DNA of 64,000 bases from Lama guanicoe (lineage: Eukaryota): assembly GCA_013239625.1 (NCBI GenBank), contig MU054323.1, positions 6,809,220-6,873,219 on the forward strand, written 5' to 3'. The notes below the pieces were generated by a model. That model did no database searches. It was not told where the DNA came from and was given only the letters and a program-made list of their open reading frames with translations. Positions 1 through 12,799 of this stretch are shown here, in pieces. How positions within the stretch are numbered: position 1 is the stretch's first letter; each line of letters opens with the position of its first letter. The translations under genes and the position numbers were made by a program.

Positions 1-360
1 CAAAGAAGTCTCCCAGGTAGGAATTAAAGCTCTGTTTTTAAAGAGCTTTGTTTCTACAAAAATATGGTGTGAAAATGACTACCTATTGACTCTTATTTTA
101 TATGGAAATATGTGTTTGATCTGAAAAGCTTCAAGGTTATTATAAAATATGTGCTGACATTCCTAAATGAAATATTAGAAAACTTCTTTGTAAATTATGT
201 TAATACACACTGAAACTAATATAGGCTTCAGATCAGTATCTTACAATGAGACTTACAATTCAAGTCCTTACTGAATTAAAATGGCAGCAGAAAAACTACT
301 GAACCATCCCCAGATTTGGTCTATACATTTCTAATATAATCCAGTCATTAAACCTATATC

Positions 361-398
361 TCTATCTATCTATCATCTATCATCTATCTATCTATCTA
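361..398. repeat. Interrupted (TATC)n microsatellite
   Basis: tctatctatctatcatctatcatctatctatctatcta. Confidence 0.9.
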
Positions 399-1621
399 GA
401 TTTTGTATTTTGGGGCATTTTTACAATTGTTGTTTTCCAAGAGTTTGTAAGCTAACTGAAAGAATAGAACTAGTGTATCCATGAAGATGAATGGTCTTAT
501 CAGCCTATAATGAGAAAAATAAACATGCACCAAGCCAAGATGGTAGGTAAAAAGTTGAAGAGTAAAATTAGAAACCAATAAACCAATAAAGGGAAGACTT
601 CCAGCAGGAAGTTGTTTTTTTTTTTAATAATAGACTTTTAAATTGAATTATAACATATATAGATATAAATCATAAATTTTAAGGGTACAACTCTTGAGTT
701 ATCATGTACTGAATGTATTTGTATAAACACTACCGAGATTAAGAGGTTGTCACCCTAGAGAGTGATAGCTGTTGATTTGGAGGGTGGGGTTTAGCAGTCA
801 TAGAAGTTAAATGCAATTGAATTTGATTGGCTGAGAAGCAGTGCCTATGTTTGGAGTAAATAATGAATTTGGGAGATGGAGACAAGACTGTCAACTGGCA
901 GAGAGTTTTTTAAACCAAGGACTGGAGGTGCAGCATGATTTAAGAAGATACTCATTTAATCCTACCACCATTAAATCTCTTTAAAATTTCATTGGTTTCT
1001 GGAACAAACATACTCCAGATTTCTGGCTTTTATTAACTGGTGATACATTGTATTTATTAACTTATGTATTCTGTTGTTTGAAATCAGACTTGATTCTCAA
1101 TAAGAGAGAGAAATGAGTTTATAAGCATCCTCATTATTAAGAAAAACGTTTTGCAGAGTAGGATGTATTACAATTAAGAGAAACTTTAATCATTTAGGAG
1201 GGCCCTCTCTTTAAGAGTTTTTAGAAGGAAATGCTCATACCTTGACTTTATGAAAGAGAAAGGGAGAGAAAATAGAATAATCTAGTGGTTGAACTATGGG
1301 TTGGGTGTCTTTTCTATTCCTCTTAACATTTATTAATAACAGCTTTAAACATACCAAGTAGTTACAAGATTGGTAGGCTGCACACCTGTGTGCTCATTGC
1401 CCAGTTTCCCCAATTGTAAACATTTTGTTATATTTGCTTTTTCTGTATATATATTTACTAGTACTTCTCCTGCCCCTCCTCCTTAATAACCATTATGATG
1501 ATGATGGTGATGATGAATCATCAGAGAATAAATTACAGACATTAATGATCTTTTACTCCTAAATATTCACTGTGTGTTTCCTACTGAACCACAATATAAT
1601 AATGAAATTCAGAGAACAACA

Positions 1622-1624
1622 TTT

Positions 1625-1660
<36 letters not shown>

Positions 1661-1712
1661 TCATTTTCTTTCTTTTCTTCCTTCCTTCCTTCCTTCCTTC
1701 CTTCCTTCCTTC

Positions 1713-1771
<59 letters not shown>

Positions 1772-1816
1772 TTTTTTTTTGGTAGCTCCTTCCTTCCTTC
1801 CTTCCTTCCTTCCTTC

Positions 1817-1873
<57 letters not shown>
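1622..1873. repeat. Compound (TTTC)n/(TTCC)n microsatellite, about 250 bp
   Basis: Directly visible; accounts for the low-complexity ORFs 1572..1895 and 1574..1930. Confidence 0.97.
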
Positions 1874-1874
<1 letters not shown>

Positions 1875-2008
1875 GTTTTTTGGAGGAAGAGGTAATTAGG
1901 TTTGTTTATTTACTTATTATTATTTTTTAATGTAGGTACTGGGGATTGAGCCTGGGACCTTGTGCATGCTAAGCATGTGCTCTACCACTTGGGCTATACC
2001 CTCCTCCC
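1874..2008 (-). mobile_element. tRNA-derived SINE, Vic-1-like (camelid), long form
   Basis: Reverse complement reads GGGAGGAGGGTATAGCCCAAGTGGTAGAGCACATGCTTAGCATGCACAAGGTCCCAGGCTCAATCCCCAGTACC with A-box and B-box-like motifs, then an A-rich linker, CCTAATTACCTC and a tail. Confidence 0.88.
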
Positions 2009-2589
2009 AATTTTCAAATATATAGTTCATATTAAAATTTTACCAGCTGTCTGATCCAGAATCACACATTGCATAATTGTCACATCTCTTTGGTTCCTTT
2101 TACCTGGAATAGTTTCTCAACTTGTCTTTGTCTTCTGTGACATTGACATTTTGAAAAAGTATAGATCAGCTGTTATAATGGCTCTCATTTTGAGCTTGTC
2201 TGTTTCCATTTTATTCCTTTCTAAACAGACTGTGATTTGGGACTTTGGAGATTTCATGGTTTTTGTTACTCAGAATCTTGTCTGGTAGAACAAAGCCTAT
2301 AAAGATTTTTTTCAAGAAAGTCTGTTAAATGGTAGGAGCCCAAAATTCCAGAAGATACATTCCTAAAGATGACTTGGAACTTACTGAAAGGAATTTTATG
2401 TAAGTGTGCATATGTCTACATATAATCTTCGAATCCAAGATTTATAAATGTTTGGACAAAAATTAGGGTTTGTAAAGGCAGAACTTTTGATTTTGACGAA
2501 ATAGTACATTTACATCTTAAGGTGAATCACATATTATAAGGAATAATTATTTTTATATTGTAATGATCATAGAAGAAGTTAAAGCATAG

Positions 2590-2790
2590 CCAGATTCTGG
2601 AAACAAATTACCTAAAAATGATTTCTGCCTCTGCCACTTATGATCTTGGGCAGATGAAGTAACTTCTCTGTGCCTCAGTTTCCTCATCTCTAAAATGGAT
2701 GATAATGATGATAATGCCTACCTCATGTTTTATGAGTGAATGGGTTAGTTAGGTTTATAAGTAAATAATATAAGTTAGTGATTAGCACAT
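2590..2790 (+). mobile_element. MIR SINE remnant
   Basis: Core aacttctctgtgcctcagtttcctcatctctaaaatg. Confidence 0.8.
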
Positions 2791-4109
2791 AATAACTTTG
2801 TCATCATCGTCATTCTTACCATCATCAGACCATATTTTCTTAAGTAAGGTTAAACTATTGAACTCAATGATTCTGTAAAGTGGTAGTAATAGTAATACAC
2901 ATTTCATAGGGCAGTTGTGAGGAATCAGTGAAATAATACATATAAAATACAGAAACACTCAGTATATATTATTACATTGTCATACCCTTTAATTGGATGC
3001 ATATTAATGGGCCTGACTACAGGAAGACTGACATTAATATTTTTCTTTTTAAAAAACACCAGCATATTTTTCACAAGTTAAAACAACGTAGAACTAAATT
3101 TTGGAAGACATATGTAGTGTCTGCAATTACCCAATGTCATTTTAAGATAACTGGAATCATTTAGCTTTATAGATTTAGAAGGAAATGTTGAGGGTATTTT
3201 TGCCAAATTGTTTTAATAAGATAGCTGCCATTAACATGTGTTTCATATACTTATCATTTTTTCTCAATAAGAGTATTTTAACAAGGTATTTTAACAAGGC
3301 AAATGCATATGTGTTTATTGTTTATCGTAAAAAATTAAATTTTAAATAAACTCAATATGAGAAATTTAAAGTAATTGGATTTAAAACTAATTTGGATTTC
3401 CTCTTTTTCTGTATTTGCTAATAGAAAAAATATATTTTGATACTTTTCCAAACTTATTCTTTCCATTTAGGAAAAAATAATACAAAGAAAGGAAGCATTG
3501 TCTCTTGATCTGTAGAATAATTTTTAGTGGTAAACATAAACTTGTTAAATACATTGTTTCAAACATTACATACTTTTAAAAGTTAAGCTACCAAATCGTT
3601 GATAATATCTTTATTATTAGCATTAAAAATTTAAAAGAGTTTTACAGGATTTTCTTTTACAAAAACACTTTAAGGAACATCTGACATTTTATAGAATCAA
3701 TGAAATAAGATAAAATGATGTCTATTTTTTAAAGAACTCATTGCTTTGAATTTGTTTCTTACCTTTGCTTTTTATTCCTGGCCATAGTGGTTAATGGTTA
3801 AGATATTGGCTGGTCATTTAGGGCAGAGGCTTATGGGGCAGAGAGTTTTCTCTGGGCAAGGGATAACTACCATCTGAGTTTTGGTTCCTGGCTTTGCGGG
3901 GTTCAGAGAGAATTTTTGTTTCCAGATGTTTAAGGAAATCCTTGTATAGTTATTAGCTTCAAAATTCTATTTTTTAACAAAAAAAAATTGGAGGCATGCA
4001 AAGAAACAACAACAACAAAAAAAACAATGGCTCATATACAGGAAAAAAAAAAACAATCAGTAGAAACTATATTTAAGGAAGCCCAGATGTTGTACTTCTC
4101 TGTTTAATA

Positions 4110-4770
4110 AGTCGGATTTCATCAAAATTTTCAAACTTCTGCTCTTGAAAAGACACTATAAAGAAAGTGAAAAGCTAACCCACAGAATGGGAGAATAGTT
4201 ACAAATCATATATCTAATAGGGATCTAGTACATGAATATAAAAAAGTCTTATGGCTCACCAAGAAAAAGACAATAACCCTTTTTTAAATGGGCAAAGGAC
4301 CTGAATAGACATTTCTCCAAAGAGATATACAAATGACCAATAAGCACATGAAAAGATGCTCAGTGTCATTAAATGTAAGTCAAAACCGTAGTGAGATACC
4401 ATTTCACACCCACTAGGATAGCTATAATTAAAATAAAAATTTAAAACAGAAAATAACAATTTTTGATGAGGATGTGGAAAAATTGGATCACTTGTGCATT
4501 GCTGGTGAGAATTTAAGATGGTACAGCCGCTATGGAAGACAGTTCGGCAGTTCCCTCAAAAAAGTTAAAGAAAGTTACAGAATGACCTAGTAGTTTCATG
4601 CCAAAGATAATTGAAGACATGTTTGCACAAAAATTTGCATATCAATGTTCATAGCAGTAGTATTGATAAATAACTCCAGCAGTGTAGAAACCTAAATGGC
4701 CATCAGCTGATAACTAAATAAACAAAATGTGGTATATCCAAACAGTGGGAAATTATTCAACAATAAAAAG
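4110..4770 (+). mobile_element. L1M (L1MB-like) 3' fragment
   Basis: aaatgggcaaaggacctgaatagacatttctccaaagagatatacaaatgaccaataagcacatgaaaagatgctca. Confidence 0.88.
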
Positions 4771-7099
4771 GGCAGTGGGAACCCTGAAGTCCCCATCCTT
4801 TCTTATCACATGAGGAAGATTTCAACATTGAAATGAAAAGAAATCATTGAAAAGTTTATTTTTAGAGAACTCTAGGAGTCCAAGGATTCCATTTTGAGAA
4901 ACATTCTTTCTGGCAGTTACCCAGTGCAGGAGCTCTTTATTTATCATGCTTTTTCCCATGTAGCAACTATCAGCTTGAGAAGTTTAACTCTCAGAGTGCC
5001 CCTCTCATCATGTCTGTGCTTCTCTGTGCTAATTGCCTGCTAAGCATTTTACAGTACATTGTTAGAGTTGTTTATTAACTAATTGTTACTGATTTTTCAA
5101 ATTATGCAGTTCTCGGCTAAATCTAGTTGTGACAGATTTCTTATGTAGAAATTTATAATTTACCTGAAATATAAAGCACTGACCTATTTCTTCAGCTCCA
5201 CCTATTTAGTTTAGTCTGATCCATTTAAACGGAGGTAGATGTGGTTTCTAGTTCCTAAAAGGGCTCTCTAGAGATTGCATGAGATTGTTTGGGTATAATT
5301 TAGCAACTCTTTTTAAATCAACAGGGTACCTTTACTTAGAAACCTTACCTCTTTTGTGAAAAGGTGATATGCAAATTGGCTTCCTGAAACCAACATTTCT
5401 TTTCTTAATGAACCTTGTTTAAAGTACCCTTACTGCCAAATATAAAGCCATTCCACAAATAGAACAGCTATAATAGTTTTCACTCATCAGAGGTTTTGCA
5501 TTCCACTGTTTATTGTGTTTTGTAAATAGAAAGGAGTTAATACCAGAATCATATCATCAGCAAATTGTTGGTGACTTTCTCATAGCTCCTTACTGTTGGC
5601 TCTTATTTTGGTAGGCCAGGTATTGAATTGCTGTTGAATTGTTGTCTGATGTCTCCTTAGCCCCAGAATTTCAGATAAATTTAGCAGATGTCAGCCTCCA
5701 GCCAGCAGTCTGAGGTAGCACAGTATGAGGAATATTGTTTTAAATCCAGATTTATTTGTTGCTCAAAATTATCCAGTCTGTGAGATTATATTGTTTATAT
5801 TTACAGTTGTGTGGCAGCAGCATGTCTTTGTGTCTCTTTAGTACTATAAATACTGTAGGAGATTTCTTTATCCTTTTCAAAATCAGAAGAGATGTTCTCA
5901 AATCCCTAGACTGAGAAAGTTGTTGTTGTTTTTTCCATTGAAAACAAGGGAACAGTTATTTCAGGAAAGCTCAGTTTCTCAGTTACAGGAAAGAATTCCA
6001 AAGTTTTATGAAAGATTCCAGAAAATGTTTATTTATTAAAAAATCTGAAATGGTTTTTAAAAATTTTAAATGTTGTATTAGTAAAATAGCTTAATTACAT
6101 TTAGTTTATCACCTATTTTAGTTTCTGTATATTTTAGGCATCATTTTCACATATTGGATATATGGCAAAAAGATTTAGTAACTGTCTTTCAGTTCACAAA
6201 CTAGGAGACAAGAGAATTATAATTTTATAGCACATTATCATAAGAAATATATACCCAGGAGTATTTTGAGAGTAAGTAGAATTCAGATGGGTAAATTCTT
6301 AGATGGATAACGTCTTTGGAGGCAGAGAAAATAGCTAAGTAAAGCTGAGCATGAAGTAGGAGTTAGCTAACTCTTTTCTTTAGGATTTTTAACAGACTCT
6401 AAAGTCTTATGTTTCATTTTCTTTCCTGTTCATCATTTTCTTCTCTTTTATTTCTATTTTTGGTTGAAAAACTTAGAGTTGATGCTAGTTCATTATTATA
6501 AATTTATTGCATACTTTCATTTTTGTCTCAATAAATTTTGAAATATATCTGTATTTTACTTCTACGTAAAAATAAAATTAAATGGTTTCTTTACTTCTGT
6601 GGTACCTGGTTAACCTCATTTATGTTTCTGTGACTTTCCATAGGAAAAGAAGGTTGCAGTCTTATTCATTATAATAATACTCCACTTAGCTGATTAATCT
6701 TGTTCTGTGTTTGGGTTTCAGAATGGGTACTGTCAAAACCATTATCGGGTTTTTCAACATTTTTTTGGTTGTGTTTTGATGTATTTACCTTTGCATTGAG
6801 GTTGTCCATCTTAAATTGTAATTATTTTCCTTATCATATAAATTCTTCCTCTCCCCCCACAAAAGGCTTAACAAATGTTTTTCTATGATGACATTAATCC
6901 ATAATACAGCTCATTTCACTTATTTATCATTAATAGAGATCTGGAACTTAAAAGTCCATCATATTTTATACATGTTGGGTTTGAGGTGACAGTGGGATAT
7001 CCAAACAGAAATGTACATTTAGCAGCTGGAAACTTATTTAGATACCAAATTACTGAGATGAGAAAGATAGTATTCATTCTTCTTAGAGGAAGTCTAAGA

Positions 7100-7650
7100 A
7101 TAAAAATCAGACCTTGTCATTCTTCTGTCTTAACCCTCCAATTATTGCCTAATTCACTCAGAGTAAAACTAAAGTTGTTAAAATGGCTTCACTCAAGTCC
7201 TTACCTGATGCAGCTTCGTTTCTTACTCCTCACTCTTCAGTTCTTCCTCCACTGATCTCTTTCATTTCTCTCAAAAAGCATAGTTATACTCTGGCCTTCA
7301 GGCTTTACAGCCCTTCCCCTGTCAGGAGCACTTCCCTGTCACTCTCTCTCCCTCACCTCCTTCAACTCTTTGCTCACATCTCATCTTCTCAGTGAGGCCC
7401 TTCCTAACTACCTTACTTAAAATTGCTGTCCCTCTCCTTCCACACACCTAAGCCTCTGTACCTTATTTTTCTCCACATCCCTTGTCATCTTCTAATATAC
7501 TCTATAATTTACTTTAAAATTTTGCTGCTCTCCCTCACAACAGAATGAAACTCAGCGAAGGCAGTGGTTTTTATAAATTTCATTCACAGTTGTATCCCAA
7601 GTACCTAGAACAGAGACTGACATATAGTAAGAGCTCAATAAATGTTTGTT
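7100..7650 (+). mobile_element. L2 3' fragment
   Basis: Pyrimidine-rich body ending cctagaacagagactgacatatagtaagagctcaataaatgtttgttg. Confidence 0.75.
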
Positions 7651-7949
7651 GTTAAGTTGGGCTACTCACATTGAGATCAATTTAAAGTTTTCTGATTTAA
7701 TGTTTACCTTTTCTGGGAAGATGGAGATGTTACCAAGATTTTATCTTTAAAGTCTCTCCTTGGAGTTAACTAAAATTGACATATATGATCTATATGTATA
7801 TAGAGAGACTATATGTTGTATATTTTATTTATATATATAGTCTGTTTATGTATAGATTGTATTGGTTGGACTAAACTTATTTGGACAAATATTTAGCCAT
7901 TCATTCACCATTTGCCAAATTCTATAATAGACACACAGTAGATGAGAGC

Positions 7950-8480
7950 TGATGCAAACTTTGTATATTATGTTGGGGGGTTGAATGTTGTCCTGTGGGC
8001 AGTGAGGATTTAGGGAAGAGTTTTAAGCAAGAGATTGACATGATGAGACTTACGTTTTTGATAGCCTACTCTGGTGGCTCAGGGAGGCCATCTGAGGAGC
8101 TACTTCAGTAGTCCAGCAAGAGGTGATAAGAGGAGAATATGAGGAAGGGATGGATTTTGGAAATATTTAGGAAATAAAAATGGATACATCCTGGTGTTTA
8201 GCGTGCATGTGGGGTTTGAGAGAAGAGGCCAGAATGACTCAGGTGTACCAACTGGGAAAAAAATGCATAAGGAGATGTTCAGTTCATTTTGGAAATTTGA
8301 ATTTGAGCTGCCTCTTTGACATCCTGATAGAGGTGTCTGGTAAGGAGTTGGATTATGGATCTGAGAACCAGGAGATCTGGGCTAGAGATGGAGATTCAGG
8401 AGTCATTGGTTTAGAGATTTTTTTGAAACCATCCTGTGTGACCTCACCCCAGAGTAATGTTTAGTACAAGGGAAAAAGAA
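7950..8480 (-). mobile_element. L2 fragment, antisense
   Basis: gttcagttcattttggaaatttgaatttgag...ggagatctgggctagagatggagattcaggagtcat. Confidence 0.65.
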
Positions 8481-10851
8481 GCCTAGGGCATGAGAACCAC
8501 GAGGAAATCTAACTCCCCCAAATTGGGCAAAAAGTACTGAGAATAAGGTAAGGAGAAAACCATCCTAATTCTACTAATCTCTCAAGTCATGGCTTAAACA
8601 TCACTTCTTCAGAGAAGCCTCAGTTGACCCCCCCAATTAAAATTAGATCTCCTCTATTGTTTTTCTGTATGAATTCTTATTACTTTCCTTTATGATTTTT
8701 ATCACTGTATAAAATTATATTTTATTTTTCAGTTTTATTGATTTATGTCTTCCACTTCACGAGGGCAAGAACCTCTATTTTGTTGCCCACAATTTGCTTA
8801 ACCTCTAGCACAGTGCCTGATACATGATAGATGCTTGATTTATTTGTGAAATAAATGAAGTGTAGGGTCCCAGAAGCCAATGGATGACAATATTTCCAGA
8901 AGGAAACAGTTCCAAATGCTGCCCAAAGTAGTCTGGTAAAATAATAACAATAACAGTTAGCATTTATTGAGCACTAATGAATGAAGGAATGAAAAATATC
9001 CAATGTACTTATCGAGGAAGTATGGGATGAGTTACCCACTGAGTGAACACTACCCCTCATGGAGCTCTTGGTCTAAAGGGGAGACAGCAATAGCCATCAT
9101 TCTCCAGGAACTTAGAGTGCACTCTTAAGTTCTCTATTCATTCATTCTTCACAACACATGTAAAGATAGGTAAGTGCAGTTATCATCACTATGTTACAGA
9201 CGAGGAAGTACGTTTAAGGAGATTAAGCACTTGACCTAAGAATAGGCAGGTAGTGATTAAGCAGGGCCTTTCTGCCCAATGCCCATGCTTTTAACCACCA
9301 TGCTCCAGTAGAGGGGATCAAGCTGATTCTTCATCAGGGAAGTGATATCTGGAAAATGACATTTGAGCAGGAATGGTTTTGCTCCTGTATATAGGACAAG
9401 ACTAGAAGTGAGAACGACTGTGATTGACAAACAAGGTAAAAGGATCTTGTATGAATCTAGAATGAGGTATATGCTTCCAAATATGGATCATAACTGTATC
9501 TGAGAATGAAAGAGGAGGGACCGTTGTAAGATCTCCTGTTAACAAAAAGAATTGACAGGACATGGATACCAATATGAAATGAGGAGTAAAAGAGAAGAGT
9601 AAGAAATAACTACAAGATTGCAAACCTAGGAGTTGGAAATTTTCATAACCTGTACTTCTGATATGGAGAAATTAGAAATATGCCTTTTTGGTTACATGGA
9701 ATAATAAATTCATGATTAGAATTTTGGGTAATATTTTTATAACAAAAAGGGGATATGGCAGTCTTTAGTACTGAGAAGGAGCTGGAGGCAGAGTAAGTTT
9801 AGGGCTAGAGAAAAAGGATTTACTCAGACATATTAATTAAAGCCATGTGAGAAATTCTTATGGATCTCAGCAGTCTTTATAATAAACTTTACAAGCCTGG
9901 CTGCTAACACATGGCACTGTAGTTATTTAATAATTTTGGAATTAAAGGAAAAGTTAAAGATTTTTTTCCCACTTAACCAGAACTTTCTCTCCTTTTGTAA
10001 GGATAGATGGAGTGAAAGAGAATGGCGAGATATGTTTTTTGGCACTAATAAAATCCAAAAGGTAGTGATGAATATAAGGCCAGAGATAAGATTCTGAGTT
10101 TCATTAGGGATTCCACAGAACAGTGGTTGATGGGGGCAGACCAGAAGGGATCTTTAAGTGCGGTCACTACCTGGCACAGCATGTGAGAGAGAGAAACCTG
10201 GCTGGCATGACGGGGGAAATGACTTTGTGTTCTCTGGCATCTATACCAAGATCCTAACATAGACTAAACATTTGATCTTTGTCGCCTGACTACATAAACA
10301 CAAGGTTAGGAGTATAGAATTCAGAGTTGGTAAGTATAATTCAAAATTGAAGTCTAGTTCATCGTTTTAACTTTAATCATGTATGTATTGTTTCTTTTCT
10401 TATCAATATAAAATCTCAAACCTTATGAATAAAAGTTGTTTTAAATCCTTTTCAAAGTAGAGTGTAACATAAATAAATATAAAAAATAATGTCTCTGACT
10501 CTTATACAGTCAGTTTTTACATTTACATGTGATTTTTCTCTTTAAAAAACTCATTGTCCATTTAATTATTCTAACAGTATTTTCATCCTAACTGATCTCT
10601 GTGATTTAGTCAAGGATGACTAATTTTATTTTACAGACACAGAAAGTGTAGAAACACTATAGCTGATGACTCCTGTGCTTTGTTTAGATGTGGATGCTTT
10701 TATGATGGCTGTGCTTCTCTATTCATTGAGAGACTACAGTGTTTAGATATTTTCTAACCGTAGGGAGCTTCTTCCTCCCTTATGGTTGGAAAATTCGTTA
10801 GGGTAGATTTCTTACCGTTTTCTGTCCTTTTTAGGTGTGAAGTTTTTCAAC

Positions 10852-10940
10852 ATGAGTGGCCTTGGGGACAGTTCATCTGACCCTGCTAACCCAGACTCCC
10901 ATAAGAGAAAAGGATCGCCATGTGACACACTGGCATCAAG
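10852..10940 (+). CDS. NCOA1: NCOA1 coding exon 1 (start codon; MSGLGDSSSDPANPDSHKRKGSPCDTLAS-S); exon starts at 10835 with 17 nt of 5'UTR
   Basis: Acceptor tccttttttag|gtgtga, ATG context caacATGa, donor AAG|gtagga. Not in the ORF track in this frame. Confidence 0.97.
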
Positions 10941-11740
10941 GTAGGAACACTCTTTTCTTAGTCTTTTTCTGGCAGAGCTGCTATATCATTTTCATTGTCA
11001 CTTTATCTACTTCAAGTTTACTGGCCTCCTCTGAGTCCCTCATACTCACCACTTTCTATCCTTCCCCAGGGCCTTTCTTTATACGTGCTGCTCCCTCAAC
11101 CAGTTTGCTCCCTCTCAGTTTCCTGTAGTCAACACACATGCATTCTCCAAATGCTAGTTTAGTCATTCCTTCCTTAAAGGGAGCCTTCTCTTCCTCCCAT
11201 AACTATTAGGAGGTTTTCCAAATCTCCCCCACTCATGTATCTATTTCACATGTATTTTTATACCTATAATCCATAATTTTCAGGTTTTTACTAGTGTGCT
11301 TATTTTGTGAATCCTCTGGCTTTTCCACTACGTGCTAAGTTGCCGCTTGAAAAGAACTACTTGTCTGTTCTTGCTCACCATTTTATCCCTAGTCCCTAGC
11401 ACAATGCATGATTTATATATAGTAAGAACACAGTAAATGTTTGTCAAATGAATAAATAAATCCATTGTACACCTTTAACTTCTACCTCAGAACATTATGG
11501 TATTATTGGAACAAAGAAATAAATTGTTATAATATTAAGATTTTAAAGAATGAGCATTTGTGGAATTAAAATTTGTGTTACAAGGAACATGGTCATCTTA
11601 AATAGGCAAAAGAGAATTATAGCTAAGAAGACTCTAACAGATGCCAGACAGAGAAGGAATCTCAATCAGATCAAAAGAGCAGCTTCCTACCTGAGAGAAA
11701 GAGTTGGAGATTTTCTCCATTTACCTTCTAGGATCTAGAG

Positions 11741-11988
11741 CAAGATTTCTCAACCTCCACAGTGTTGACATTGTTGGCAAGATAAATTCTTTGTTGTGGG
11801 AAGCTATCTGTTTATCATAGGATATTTAGCAATATCCCTGGCTTCTATAGACTAGATACCAGTAGCACCTTTTATCACTTATGATAATAAAATGTCATAT
11901 TAATTGTGATAACCAAAAATGTCTCCCAACATTGTCAAATATCCCTGGGGACCAGAAAAGCACTATGGCCCCAAGTTGATAATCATTA
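11741..11988 (-). mobile_element. MER20 (hAT-Charlie) with 8-bp TSD
   Basis: Matches the reverse MER20 consensus as remembered; TSD atctagag (11733-11740) / atctggag (11989-11996). Confidence 0.88.
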
Positions 11989-12356
11989 ATCTGGAGCGTA
12001 AAACAATAGAAGACTCTTTTGTCATTGGATTACATGTGCTTTTTTTCTCATGAGGGGACAAAGAAAGAATTTTAATAGGAGAGTGCCAGGGCAGACTAGA
12101 GAAAGAAAAGTGACTATTTCTCTTAATCAGTTCAGAGAACTGTCATAGAGAGATAATAATCTAAGTACTCATAATCATAGATAAGTGTCTAGATGAGAGG
12201 AGGAATGCTGAGATCAAGTGCAATCGAAGTTTGTGTTGTCAAAGTTAATGTGCTTGTTTATATCTATATATAGCTCAGTCCTTCTTAAAGGGAAATTTAA
12301 GAATAAATAAATAAAGCCATTACCTTCACATTACATTTTTATTTGGGGGAATTTTT

Positions 12357-12491
12357 AAAAAATTTTTATTTGTTGGGAGAGGTAGTTGGATTTATTTATT
12401 TATTTACTTTTAGAGGAGATACTAGGGATTGAACCAAGGACCTTGTGCATGCTAAGCATGCTTTCTGCCGCTTGAGCTATACCCTCTCCCC
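12357..12491 (-). mobile_element. tRNA-derived SINE, Vic-1-like, long form, with 17-bp TSD
   Basis: Same head sequence; flanks tatttgggggaattttt (12340-12356) and tatttggggaaattttt (12492-12508). Confidence 0.92.
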
Positions 12492-12799
12492 TATTTGGGG
12501 AAATTTTTTAAATCAATAAAAGAATAGACTAGGAAACTGCATATACCCATTATATATAATTGATAATATTTTGCCATATTCTTAGTATTTTTAAATATTT
12601 TATCACATTTGCAGTCTTGTTTAAATAGAAGTAGTAAAATGATTAATGATTAAATTTATTTAACTCTAATTAATTCTTTCAATCTATTTTTAATAATTAT
12701 GTTTATATGAGTATCCCAATATAGAATGTTTATTAAATTTACATATTATATAATACTGTATATATTTTTCTACAATATACTTTTTCAGCATGGATCTTA

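Noticed and set aside
1572..1930. Phe/Leu/Ser-rich ORFs
   Set aside because: Translations of the (TTTC)n/(TTCC)n microsatellite
3273..3298. Short tandem duplications (13 bp here; also 26271-26304 and 58653-58690)
   Set aside because: Ordinary slippage duplications with two copies and no array structure
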